From positions 1 through 51,537 of IMG/VR virus record IMGVR_UViG_3300045988_148326: a stretch of 51,537 nucleotides of DNA; one strand, written 5' to 3'. The notes below the pieces were generated by a model. The model had not been told where the DNA came from and did no database searches. It saw only the letters and a list, made by a program, of their open reading frames with translations. Source of the DNA: a virus. Both the position numbers and the translations under genes were made by a program. Shown piece after piece: positions 24,805 through 34,268 of this stretch. Each line of letters opens with the position of its first letter. The stretch's first letter is position 1.

Positions 24805-25374
24805 ATGATAATAGAAGAAAACAAAAAGCGCTTAGAGGCAAAAGAACAAGCCTTATCACATGAGCATTTATTATCAATTCTTGACTATAATCCAAAAACT
24901 GGTATATTCAGATGGAAATACGCTCAACCACTACGTAAAAAATCTCCTAACGCTGGAGATATAGCAGGCACTACAATAGACCATAAGGGCTATCTAAATA
25001 TAGTAATAGGTAAATATACATACAAAGCTCATAGATTAGCCTGGTTTTATTATTACAAAGAGTGGCCATGTCATGATAGCGACATAGACCACATAGATGG
25101 CAATCCAAAAAATAACAGTATAAATAATCTAAGGCTAGTAACTGGAATGCAAAATAGCCGCAATCGCAAAAAGCATGTTAATAATTCGTCAGGCACAACA
25201 GGAGTATATTGGCATAAACACAATAAAAAATGGGTTGCTGCTATAGGTAATGGTCTGCGCCGTAATGGGAGAGCACTCTATGACTGTCTTGGTTATTTTG
25301 ACAATTATGAAGATGCTGTAGCAGCAAGAAAAGAAGCAGAGATTAGATATGAATATACACAACCTAAAAAATAA
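24805..25374 (+). CDS. HNH homing endonuclease with AP2 DNA-binding domain
   Basis: YKAHRLAWFYY...DIDHIDGNPKNNSINNLRLVTGMQN (HNH_3) followed by SGTTGVYWHKHNKKWVAAIG...LGYFDNYEDAVAARKEAE (AP2). Confidence 0.88.
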   Translation: MIIEENKKRLEAKEQALSHEHLLSILDYNPKTGIFRWKYAQPLRKKSPNAGDIAGTTIDHKGYLNIVIGKYTYKAHRLAWFYYYKEWPCHDSDIDHIDGNPKNNSINNLRLVTGMQNSRNRKKHVNNSSGTTGVYWHKHNKKWVAAIGNGLRRNGRALYDCLGYFDNYEDAVAARKEAEIRYEYTQPKK

Positions 25375-25381
25375 TAATAGT

Positions 25382-26962
25382 ATGGCTCAACGGATAAAAT
25401 CTATAAAGGAAATGCAATCTACTGCTCTTGATATATCAAATCCGAGTTTAATACAGAATCCAAAAGAGTTATTGCAAATAGAAGTGCTTTCATCATTTGA
25501 AAAATTTACAAAAGTATTTTTTAAGGCTCAATATGGCTCTTCATATATAACTGCAGACCATCATTTAAAAATTATAAAGGCATTGCAAGATGTAGTTGAT
25601 GGCAAGATAACAAGGCTTATAATAAACATTGCTCCTAGATATGGTAAAACACAGCTGGTTGTAAAGTCATTTATATCTTGGTGCTTTGCCTTAAATCCTA
25701 AATGTAGGTTTCTTCATTTGTCATATTCAGACATGCTGGTATATGACAATTCTGAAAATATACGCGATATTATGACTCTTGATTTATACAAAGACTTATT
25801 TCCGCGTTCTGCTTTAGCGTCTGAAAAAGGTTCAGCAAAAAGATGGAAAACAAAAGCCGGTGGAGAATTATATGCTGTATCAACACAAGGTCAGGTAACA
25901 GGATTTGGTAGTGGGCGAATGGACTCAGAGCTTGAACAAATGGACGGCGGTAATGACATTTTTTCATTTGATGACCATACAAATGAGGTATTACAGATGA
26001 TAGGAGCTACTACAAATATATTTCAAGGCGCAATTATGATTGACGACCCTATAAAACCAGAAGATGCAGCTTCAGACCTTGTACGCGAACGCATCAACCA
26101 ACGGTTTGAGAATACTATACGTAATCGTGTCAATTCACGTAAAACACCAATCATCATCATAATGCAGAGGCTTCATGAGCATGACCTTTGTGGCTATTTA
26201 CAAGAAGTAGAGCCAGAAACATGGACAGTCTTATCACTCCCTGTAATTCAAGTAAATCCTGAAACTGGTGAAGAATATGCGCTTTGGTCTATGAAGCATA
26301 GTCTTCAAGAGCTTTATAAGTTACGTGAGATTAACCCAGTGGTGTTTGAGACACAGTATATGCAAAATCCTATGCCAACTGAAGGTCTTATGTATCATGA
26401 GTTTAAGACGTATTCAGTTCAGGAATTGCCATCAGGCAATGCAGCACAGCAAAGATGGTGCTATGTTGACACCGCTGATACTGGCTCAGACTATCTGTGC
26501 GCAATATGCTTCATAAACACCCCAGAAACAGTCTACGTGACTGATATTCTATATACACAAGACCCAATGGAGAAAACAGAAGTGTTATTAGCCAAAATGC
26601 TGACAGAAAATTGCACAAATGAATGCTTAATTGAGTCGAATAACGGAGGTAGGCAGTTTGCTAGAAATGTAAAGACAAAAGTAAGAGTGAATATGCGGAA
26701 CTTCAAAACAGTAATTCATACATTTACTCAAACTAAGAATAAAGCAGCTCGTATCTATTCGAATTCAGCTCTTGTAAATTCTGACGTGGCATTTCCTGAG
26801 TCTTGGGATAAGAAATGGCGTGATTTTTACAACGCTATTACTACATATAGAAAAGATAACAAGCGAAAATCTGTGCACGATGATGCCCCAGATGCGCTCA
26901 CAGGCGTAATCGAAATGCACTCAAGAAAAGCTATAAAAAGAGGAATACGCGCGCGCAATTAA
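25382..26962 (+). CDS. terL: Terminase large subunit (track ORF 25349..26962, trimmed to the ATG after the HNH stop)
   Basis: Walker A-like NIAPRYGKTQL, Walker B IMIDDP, nuclease acidic residues CYVDTADTGSDY and ESNNGG. 526 aa from this start. Confidence 0.88.
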   Translation: MAQRIKSIKEMQSTALDISNPSLIQNPKELLQIEVLSSFEKFTKVFFKAQYGSSYITADHHLKIIKALQDVVDGKITRLIINIAPRYGKTQLVVKSFISWCFALNPKCRFLHLSYSDMLVYDNSENIRDIMTLDLYKDLFPRSALASEKGSAKRWKTKAGGELYAVSTQGQVTGFGSGRMDSELEQMDGGNDIFSFDDHTNEVLQMIGATTNIFQGAIMIDDPIKPEDAASDLVRERINQRFENTIRNRVNSRKTPIIIIMQRLHEHDLCGYLQEVEPETWTVLSLPVIQVNPETGEEYALWSMKHSLQELYKLREINPVVFETQYMQNPMPTEGLMYHEFKTYSVQELPSGNAAQQRWCYVDTADTGSDYLCAICFINTPETVYVTDILYTQDPMEKTEVLLAKMLTENCTNECLIESNNGGRQFARNVKTKVRVNMRNFKTVIHTFTQTKNKAARIYSNSALVNSDVAFPESWDKKWRDFYNAITTYRKDNKRKSVHDDAPDALTGVIEMHSRKAIKRGIRARN

Positions 26963-27115
26963 ATAAATTCTCGCATTATTCTCGTAATTTCTAATCATTT
27001 TGAGATATTGTCCTTGAGATATTATAATCAAAATAGAAAAATCATGCGAAAATGAGACGATAAAAATACTTAGTTAAAAATTGTCAAAAAGTATACAGCT
27101 TTCAATTTTTATTAG

Positions 27116-27123
27116 TATATTTG
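27116..27123 (+). promoter_or_regulatory. -7 element TATATTTG upstream of the 27220 gene
   Basis: TTAGTATATTTGCACTGTG lies about 95 nt upstream of the ATG. The 257-bp TerL-27220 gap also holds ATTCTCGC (26967), ATTCTCGT (26978) and GCGAAAATGAG (27046). Confidence 0.5.
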
Positions 27124-27219
27124 CACTGTGAAGAAGTTTATTTCTGAACAAATACAGGTAATTCGATGCTAGTTAAGGGTAGCTGCTCGGTAGTATTAAC
27201 ATTAAAAACATAAAGAACA

Positions 27220-27870
27220 ATGGGATTAAATTGTGGATGCCCTGTTGCAGCACATCTTGCTGACCTTGAGATTAACGATTGCAAGGAAAGCATGGGGCAA
27301 ATTCAAAAAGTTGCATTCCAGCGTATCTATAAGACTGCTGGAGAGTTGAACTCTGTCGCAGACCCGACTAAGAAAGCATCGTTTGCCACTTTGTTTTCTG
27401 CAGCCAATGGTACTAAGATGACAGTGTCGCCTTATATTCAGAGTCCTGCTACAGAACCTGGAGCAGCTCGTACATTCGGTGGTGGAAACCAGACGCTTGG
27501 AGGTATTCCTATTACAATTGGTCGTGAAGCAACAAACTTTACCGGTGTAATTTATCAGGAAAACCAAAAAGTTATTGCTCAGTTGAAGCAGTATCAGTGT
27601 GAAAACATCGGTGTTTATCTTATCGACGAAAATGGCAACATTGGCTGTTTGGTAGATGACCTTGATGAGCCTACTAAGTACATGCCTATTCCTATTTACA
27701 GCTTCTTTGTAGGTGATAAGTCACTTGGCGGGTATGAAGAGCCTGATAGCAATGCTATTAGCTGGTCTTTTGTTCCTAACTGGAGTGATAAGTTCTACAT
27801 TATCAAGCGTGAAACTTTGGACTTTAATCCTCTCACTGATTGGGTTAACGTAGCTTCCGCTGGAGCTTAA
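27220..27870 (+). CDS. Probable abundant virion protein (tail tube or decoration protein is a guess)
   Basis: 216 aa with its own promoter and higher GC, like the capsid and SSB genes. Its C-terminus VASAGA resembles the capsid C-terminus VAAGA. Confidence 0.55.
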   Translation: MGLNCGCPVAAHLADLEINDCKESMGQIQKVAFQRIYKTAGELNSVADPTKKASFATLFSAANGTKMTVSPYIQSPATEPGAARTFGGGNQTLGGIPITIGREATNFTGVIYQENQKVIAQLKQYQCENIGVYLIDENGNIGCLVDDLDEPTKYMPIPIYSFFVGDKSLGGYEEPDSNAISWSFVPNWSDKFYIIKRETLDFNPLTDWVNVASAGA

Positions 27871-27881
27871 AAACTTCAATT

Positions 27882-28094
27882 ATGAGAAAGAAAAAAGAAC
27901 AAACAGTAACGCTGGTTGTGCCTAAGCATAATATCAAGCAAGAGTTCGGCCTTCAACATGCGGAGCGATTGCTTGATATGGGTACTCACGTGAACGGCGG
28001 GTGGGAATTACCGAAAGATAGTAACTATTATTACGACGAAGAAAATGGGCTTAGAGTTAAATCAGATAAAGCAAATTCTGCAAAAACCGTCTAA
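27882..28094 (+). CDS. Hypothetical small protein
   Basis: 70-aa ORF that overlaps the portal ORF start by 50 nt. Confidence 0.4.
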   Translation: MRKKKEQTVTLVVPKHNIKQEFGLQHAERLLDMGTHVNGGWELPKDSNYYYDEENGLRVKSDKANSAKTV

Positions 28095-29778
28095 ACGACA
28101 GGTTATTCAGAAAGCTGTAAATATGCAGCGTCGTCTCCGTTTTCACACTGAGACGAATATCGCTGTATCTGATATTAACCAACCAATAACTGTATTTTTA
28201 GATTGGGTAAGAAGGTTGTTGCCAAAGGATAAATATAACATCTTTTTGCAGTTGTTCAAATTTCCATTGTCCACACCTGCTGTAGTTGAGGACGTCTATA
28301 GAGAACTCGAAAGAGTTTTCTATAGCCGTAACTCATCTAGCTCATATCAATTCACGGACTCAGAACTCGCTGAAGATTGGTCTCAGTATCGTAAGAATAA
28401 TCTTAATGAGCCCGAAGTATGGAAAACTACCGCTTGGAAACGAATGCAAGTATCTCCAAACAGTATACTTGTTGTTGACCTTCCGCTAGTACAAATTTCC
28501 GTTCGGCCCGAGCCATATTTTTATTGGCTTGAAATTGACTCTGTAATTGATTATGAGCTTTCTAAGCAAGATGAGAATTTGTTTAACTGGCTTATTTTTA
28601 ATCAGCCAGAGCATAGAATAGCAGTATTTGATGATACTAGCATTAGGATTTATCAGCTTAATGAAAAGAATGAAATTCAATCATTAGTTTCTGAGGCTCA
28701 GCATGATTTAGGATATTGTCCCGCAAGATTTTTTTGGTCAACGCAGTTAAACGAGAAAAATAAAGACCTTAAAAAGAATCCAATTACAAAAGAGCTTTCC
28801 AATTTGGACTGGTATTTGTTTTTTGCTCTGTCTAAACAGCATCTTGACCTTTATGCGCCATATCCTATTTATAGTGCTTATGAGGCTGACTGTAATTTTG
28901 AGAATAGCGAAACTGGTGATTACTGTGACGGAGGCTTTTTGCGCAATACTAAAGGAGAGTATAAGATACTTAACGATGGCACCGTGGAGAAATGCCCTTG
29001 TTGCAGTGAAAAAAGAATAGCTGGACCTGGTTCATTCTTAGAGGTACCTATACCTAATCAAACTGAGGGAGTCGCTGATATGCGTAACCCTGTTCAGATT
29101 ACTACTATAGATAAAGACTCGCTTGATTATAATGTCAACGAGTGTGCAAGACTTAAAAATGAGATTGTTATTTCTGTAGTTGGTTCTGGAGGTACTGTAA
29201 GTGAAAAAGAAGCCATAAACGAAACGCAAGTAACTGCTAATTTTGAAAGTAAGACTTCAGTGCTAAACGCTCTCAAGACTAATTTTGAGTTAGCGCAGAA
29301 GTTCATTGAAGATACTGTTTGCAAACTCAGATATGGAAATGCTTTTATATCATCTTCTGTAAACTGGGGCACAGAGTTTTACGTTTTTACTGTAACAGAG
29401 CTTTATTCTAAGTACAAACAAGCAAAGGAAAATGGAGCATCCAACTCAGAACTAGATGCAATATCACAACAAATTCTTGAAGTTGAGTATCGCAACAATC
29501 CTTTGGTACTTCAGAGAATGCTGATTTTGAAACAGTTAGAGCCTTATCCGCATAAAACCTTGGATGAAGTGTTAAAACTGTATGAAAAAAAGTTAATAGA
29601 TGAAAAATTGGTAAAACTTAAAATAAATTTTAGTACTTTAGTCGACAAATTTGAGCGTGAAAACATTAACATAATTGAGTTTGCTTCAAATAAGCCGTTA
29701 AGAGAAAAAATTGATATAATAACAAATAAACTTTTAGAGTATGTTACAGAAAATGACACTACAGGAACTGCAGAATAG
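28045..29778 (+). CDS. Probable portal protein (alternative start at 28123)
   Basis: 577 aa. It is the first large ORF after TerL and lies upstream of the scaffold and capsid genes. Assigned by size and synteny only. Confidence 0.55.
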   Translation: MGLELNQIKQILQKPSKRQVIQKAVNMQRRLRFHTETNIAVSDINQPITVFLDWVRRLLPKDKYNIFLQLFKFPLSTPAVVEDVYRELERVFYSRNSSSSYQFTDSELAEDWSQYRKNNLNEPEVWKTTAWKRMQVSPNSILVVDLPLVQISVRPEPYFYWLEIDSVIDYELSKQDENLFNWLIFNQPEHRIAVFDDTSIRIYQLNEKNEIQSLVSEAQHDLGYCPARFFWSTQLNEKNKDLKKNPITKELSNLDWYLFFALSKQHLDLYAPYPIYSAYEADCNFENSETGDYCDGGFLRNTKGEYKILNDGTVEKCPCCSEKRIAGPGSFLEVPIPNQTEGVADMRNPVQITTIDKDSLDYNVNECARLKNEIVISVVGSGGTVSEKEAINETQVTANFESKTSVLNALKTNFELAQKFIEDTVCKLRYGNAFISSSVNWGTEFYVFTVTELYSKYKQAKENGASNSELDAISQQILEVEYRNNPLVLQRMLILKQLEPYPHKTLDEVLKLYEKKLIDEKLVKLKINFSTLVDKFERENINIIEFASNKPLREKIDIITNKLLEYVTENDTTGTAE

Positions 29779-30196
29779 TACTGTTGACGCACTTAAGCAG
29801 GCTCATATTGCAGCTAAAGCTCATCAAGCTGACCTCCAGAAGCTTAAATCAAGCAAAGATAAGAGGTGGACAGAAGCAATGCAAGAAGACCTTGATGCTA
29901 CAGCTCTTTATATTGTAGACATTGAGGATGTTCTCGAAGAAAAAACTTCATCTACTAGCAATGGTGAATATGAGCCAAAAGCTGGTACTGAAAAGCTTGT
30001 ACATCTGTCGATTGTAAAAGGTCGCCGCTTTAATCCTATGACAGGAAAAGAAGAAAGCAAGCCGTGTACTCAGTTATTTACATTTGCTGAGTGGCAACTT
30101 TTCAAAAAGAATTTCAAAGGTCTCGGCTATTCTATAATGAAAGTATTGCATGACCCGTACGGAGAGGCAAAAGATTTTGTTGCAAAAGAAAATTAA
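29741..30196 (+). CDS. Hypothetical head-module protein
   Basis: 151-aa ORF between the portal and scaffold genes. Confidence 0.5.
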   Translation: MLQKMTLQELQNSTVDALKQAHIAAKAHQADLQKLKSSKDKRWTEAMQEDLDATALYIVDIEDVLEEKTSSTSNGEYEPKAGTEKLVHLSIVKGRRFNPMTGKEESKPCTQLFTFAEWQLFKKNFKGLGYSIMKVLHDPYGEAKDFVAKEN

Positions 30197-30216
30197 AAAC
30201 TTAAAATATCAAAGCT

Positions 30217-31161
30217 ATGTTAACAATTGAGATGCTACGACAAAATTCAGCATTAGCTGGTCTCTCTGATGCTCAGCTTACAGCAATCGCTGAAATGTCA
30301 AGAAATGATGAAAATACGGTAATTGGTACTAAAATTGGTGCTTTGCATGGACAATATGATACCGATATTTTCAATGTTACTGGAGTAAAAAAAAGAGATG
30401 GTGAAAAGAGCTATGATTACGCTAAGCGCGTACTCGGCGAATATAAAACAAAAGCTGAGTCTGTAAAAACAGTACAAGCAGAGCTCGATGCAGCTAATGC
30501 TAAAGTAACTGAGTTGCAGACAAAGCTCGAGAAAAATGCAGGAAATGAGGAGCTTACTCAGCAGCTTAAAGATGCTAAGGCTCAAGTTACTCAGCTTCAA
30601 TCTAAGCTTAAAACTGAGCAAGATAACTACAAAACAAAAGAAGCTGAATTTAACAAGCAACTGAAAGATGTACACGTAGATTATGCTTTTCAAGCTGCTA
30701 CTACAGGTCTTAAGTTCAAAGCTGGTATTACTGAGCCTATTCAGAAAACGCTGCTTAATGCAGCAAAAGCTGAAATTTTGGCAAAAGGTACACCTGATTT
30801 TGTAGAAGATGGTCAAGGAGGTAAGAAACTTGTTATTCGAGGAGCTGATGGAAATATCCTTAACAACCCGAAAAACAATCTTAATCCTTATACTATTTCT
30901 GAGCTTGTTATGGAAACATCTTTGAAAGATGTAATTGATGCAGGTCGCAAACAAACAGGTGGCGGTACAGGAGGTTTTCAGGGACGAGGCGGTCAAGGAG
31001 GAACACTTGATTTGACTGGAGTAAGAACTCAGCTTGAAGCAGACAAAGTAATTGAAGCTCATCTTCTTGCAAACGGCTTAACCCGTGACTCTTCAGAGTT
31101 TGGAGAAAAGCTTACAGAAATAAGAAATGAAAACAACGTGGCAACTTTGCCAATAAGATAA
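30217..31161 (+). CDS. Probable scaffolding protein
   Basis: Highly helical A/K/E/Q-rich coiled coil (VTELQTKLEKNAGNEELTQQLKDAKAQVTQLQSKLKTEQ) with a Gly-rich stretch. Lies immediately upstream of the capsid gene. Confidence 0.55.
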   Translation: MLTIEMLRQNSALAGLSDAQLTAIAEMSRNDENTVIGTKIGALHGQYDTDIFNVTGVKKRDGEKSYDYAKRVLGEYKTKAESVKTVQAELDAANAKVTELQTKLEKNAGNEELTQQLKDAKAQVTQLQSKLKTEQDNYKTKEAEFNKQLKDVHVDYAFQAATTGLKFKAGITEPIQKTLLNAAKAEILAKGTPDFVEDGQGGKKLVIRGADGNILNNPKNNLNPYTISELVMETSLKDVIDAGRKQTGGGTGGFQGRGGQGGTLDLTGVRTQLEADKVIEAHLLANGLTRDSSEFGEKLTEIRNENNVATLPIR

Positions 31162-31263
31162 AAAGGCACGTCCTAAAAAGAAGAGAAATTAAAAAATGCT
31201 ATTAGGCGTAAAAGGGTAATGCACCATATAGCAAAATGTTTAACAAATTAAAAACTAAAAATT

Positions 31264-32355
31264 ATGAGCTTAGTATTAACTCGTATTCAGAACACTCTTG
31301 CTAATTCCAGATTGGATAAGTATGAGTATCGTGCAAGTAGGTACGGCGCGCTCGATGCTTTTATGGTGCAGTCGAATGACCCTACAGGTATTTTAACCCC
31401 TGAGTTGAAAGAGAAGGCCCGTACTTCTATCGGTACAACTCTTCAAACTCCAGTAATTGACTATGATGCGGATGTTACTATTGGTAATACTCGCTCTTTG
31501 ACAATTGCTGATAGCGAAAACACTTCTCGATTTGTTGACATCACGTTTGCTACCTATTCATGGGGCTTTACTATTGCTCCGGCAATGTACATGAACAACG
31601 AAATTGGTATTCAGCGCGACTTTGACACTAAGTTGATGAAGTATGCATACGCTGTCGCAAAGAAACTCGATGAAGCTGCTTTGGCTATTTTGGCTGCAGA
31701 TAAAACTCAGGTTCTTAAGAACAAGCTGTTGTATGATTTTTCAACTAATGCGTTGAATGCAAAGTGGACAGAGCGTGAGAACGTATTTGGCGACCTTGAG
31801 GTGCTTATGGGAGCAAATGATTTCTATGGCCAGTTGCATATCATTGGTGACCCTGGAGTTGAGAGTATCATGCGCAAGTTGCAGCAACATGGTTTGTACA
31901 ACGACGTAAACAAGCAAAATGAGTTTGGCAACAAGATTATTCACTTGACGAACAACATTGCAGCAGCTGGTGGTAAATATGCACAAGGCTATGCCGTGAA
32001 TGCAGGTTCACTTGGAATGCTGTTGCGCTATGAGCGTGATTGCTTGCTCGGAACTATTTCAGGTGACGGCCATGAGTGGGATATTGCTACTTATCCTGTT
32101 ATTAACATGCCTGTTGGTACATACTTCTACGACTCTGTAGGAGACTATAGCACTATTGCAGGAGCTGCTACTGCAGATATGACCCGCACCCGCAAGGAAC
32201 ATTACGGATTTGCAGTTGATGTAGCGTTTATCACCGCTTATAACAGTGATAGAGCTACTTTGCCTAGTCCTATTCTTGCATTTAACGTTTCTAGCGAAGA
32301 TGCAGTTTATGCAACGCCTGTTGATGTTGTTAAAACAGTAGCAGCCGGTGCCTGA
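31264..32355 (+). CDS. Probable major capsid protein
   Basis: 363 aa, follows the scaffold gene, elevated GC, and is followed by a strong terminator. Confidence 0.65.
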   Translation: MSLVLTRIQNTLANSRLDKYEYRASRYGALDAFMVQSNDPTGILTPELKEKARTSIGTTLQTPVIDYDADVTIGNTRSLTIADSENTSRFVDITFATYSWGFTIAPAMYMNNEIGIQRDFDTKLMKYAYAVAKKLDEAALAILAADKTQVLKNKLLYDFSTNALNAKWTERENVFGDLEVLMGANDFYGQLHIIGDPGVESIMRKLQQHGLYNDVNKQNEFGNKIIHLTNNIAAAGGKYAQGYAVNAGSLGMLLRYERDCLLGTISGDGHEWDIATYPVINMPVGTYFYDSVGDYSTIAGAATADMTRTRKEHYGFAVDVAFITAYNSDRATLPSPILAFNVSSEDAVYATPVDVVKTVAAGA

Positions 32356-32432
32356 AGGTCATTCAATAGTGATTTCAGCAATGATTTCGCTATTGGGTAA
32401 ATAGCAAATCTTTGAGTTGTTATTAGCTTTGG

Positions 32433-32475
32433 CAGGAGGCACTGAGGAAAATACCTTAGTGACCTCCTGTTTTTC
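32433..32475 (+). terminator. Intrinsic terminator after the capsid gene
   Basis: CAGGAGG (32433..32439) pairs with CCTCCTG (32463..32469), plus CAC/GTG, followed by T5. Confidence 0.7.
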
Positions 32476-32494
32476 ATTAAAACATATAAAAATT

Positions 32495-33799
32495 ATGGTT
32501 AGAGCTATAGATATACAAGAAAAATTACTCCATTTGATAGGATGGGAGCAAAATTATGACACATCAGACTTAAAAATATCTGATGCTTTAACTGTGAGCG
32601 AAAGTGGTTTATATTTTCAGCAAATTCACCCGCTGCTGACCTTGCAGAATATGTCTTGTATCGCTCCGGATTTTAAGAACATGACTTTTGAGGAATATAG
32701 CGCGGAAAAAGCATATTCTAAAGGTAATATAGTAAAATACAATGAGCTATTGTATAAAGCTCTACAAAATTCAGTTGGAAAACAGCCTGATATTGAGTCT
32801 GAGTATTGGGTTGAAACCAATCCATTTTCTGAATGGCTTGAAAGCAAAACAAAAGCTAGTATTCAAAAAGCCATTTCACGATATTGCAATGAAAAAATCG
32901 CACAAGGCACATATAAGACTTTATGCGAAAATAGAACACTATTTGATGGAACTGGCCGTTTAGTAGATGTTGTAAAGAATAAGAAAAATCTAGTTGGCTT
33001 TGAAATTATACCAATAAGAGCAAAAGGCGTAACTACTAAAATCAATAAGATAGGTTTACAGTTTACAGAACCTGGCGAATATACTTTATATCTTATGCAT
33101 TCTAGCATGGATGCACCAGTCAAGATAATAAAGCTTAATAAGATACGTAAAAACAGCATAGAGTGGTTTTCACTTAACGATATATATCTACCATACCAAG
33201 GTGATAATAATGATGCAGGTGGTAGCTGGTATTTGTACTATTTTCAATCTGAATTACCAGAAGGTAGTCAAGCTATAAGAAAAAATAAAGATTGGTCTAA
33301 AGAGCCGTGTGGCTCATGTTCACGTAAAGAGTTATTAGCTTGGCAAGCTTGGTCTAAGTATATAGAAGTACACCCGTTTTTTGTTAATGAGGAATTGGTT
33401 GAGATAGAAGAAGAGCCACATCTGTGGGATGTTGAAAACAATCAATATACCTATGATAATAACTACGGATTAAATCTTGAGATAACCGTGGCCTGTGATA
33501 TTACTGACTTTATAATAGAGCAGCGATTGTTATTCCAAGATATTATAGCAAAACAAGTAGCAGTAGATATGCTACGTGAGTTTGCTTATAATGCTAATGT
33601 ACGTACAAACAGGCATTCAATAAATGCATCTAGGCTTGATATTCTTTATGAAGTTGATGGCGACTCTTCATCTATGAAAAAATCTGGCCTTAGCTATCAA
33701 CTTGATATGGCATTTAAGGCAATAAATATCAGTACTCAAGGAATAGACAGAGTTTGCCTTCCTTGTAAAAACAATGGTATAAAATATAGAACTGTATAG
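32495..33799 (+). CDS. Hypothetical structural protein (track ORF starts at TTG 32417 inside the terminator; ATG at 32495 preferred)
   Basis: 434 aa from MVRAIDIQEKLLH... Confidence 0.55.
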   Translation: MVRAIDIQEKLLHLIGWEQNYDTSDLKISDALTVSESGLYFQQIHPLLTLQNMSCIAPDFKNMTFEEYSAEKAYSKGNIVKYNELLYKALQNSVGKQPDIESEYWVETNPFSEWLESKTKASIQKAISRYCNEKIAQGTYKTLCENRTLFDGTGRLVDVVKNKKNLVGFEIIPIRAKGVTTKINKIGLQFTEPGEYTLYLMHSSMDAPVKIIKLNKIRKNSIEWFSLNDIYLPYQGDNNDAGGSWYLYYFQSELPEGSQAIRKNKDWSKEPCGSCSRKELLAWQAWSKYIEVHPFFVNEELVEIEEEPHLWDVENNQYTYDNNYGLNLEITVACDITDFIIEQRLLFQDIIAKQVAVDMLREFAYNANVRTNRHSINASRLDILYEVDGDSSSMKKSGLSYQLDMAFKAINISTQGIDRVCLPCKNNGIKYRTV

Positions 33800-33800
33800 T

Positions 33801-34268
33801 ATGGCTGTAAAAAGATATAACGCGACACTTCGTAACCTTGAATACCGATTAAGAGCATTTAAGGATAATTTACCTATGTATCTTGAAGATATTATTCGCG
33901 ATAAAGAAGACGTTATAGTATCTGCAATAGCAGATGACCAGCTATATCGTAGAGGTATTAACGGCCGCGGTGAAAAGATAATGGATTATATGCCATATAA
34001 GCCTAAAACCATACAAATAAAAAAGAAAAAAGGTCAGCCTACTACAAGGGTCACATTGCGAGACACAGGTGCTTTTCATGAGTCTATGTTTGTAGTATTT
34101 GACTCAGAAGGTTTTTATGTGACCGCAAGTGATGAAAAAACACCTGAGCTTATTGAGAAATATGGTGAAGAGATTTTTCGCTTAACGGATAAAAACTTTA
34201 CCAGAATAGTTCGTTCTCATATAAGAAAAGAATTAGTTAAACGATTAAAACAGGCAATAAGGAAATGA
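33801..34268 (+). CDS. Possible head-tail adaptor/neck protein
   Basis: 155 aa. TRVTLRDTGAFHESMFV resembles the L.dTG.L..S motif of HK97 gp10 / Mu G-like head-completion proteins (weak). Confidence 0.4.
   Translation: MAVKRYNATLRNLEYRLRAFKDNLPMYLEDIIRDKEDVIVSAIADDQLYRRGINGRGEKIMDYMPYKPKTIQIKKKKGQPTTRVTLRDTGAFHESMFVVFDSEGFYVTASDEKTPELIEKYGEEIFRLTDKNFTRIVRSHIRKELVKRLKQAIRK

Noticed and set aside
30298-31062. 254-aa minus-strand ORF, plus similar long antisense or alternative-frame ORFs at 513..791, 2382..2696, 21096..21617, 35288..35737, 43417..44034 and 44437..44847
   Set aside because: They lie entirely inside, and antisense to or out of frame with, much better supported genes (scaffold, SSB, fibre and others). 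They have low-complexity or Cys/Ser/Leu-rich translations and no start-site signals. The fibre and scaffold cases are explained by locally high GC or biased codon use removing stop codons.
32417-32494. N-terminal extensions of track ORFs that begin at non-ATG codons (32417 TTG, 13660 TTG, 48904 GTG, 47876 TTG)
   Set aside because: The first three extensions run through terminator hairpins or inverted-repeat elements, so downstream ATGs (32495, 13744, 48949) are preferred. The 47876 case is discussed as part of the in-frame TGA finding.
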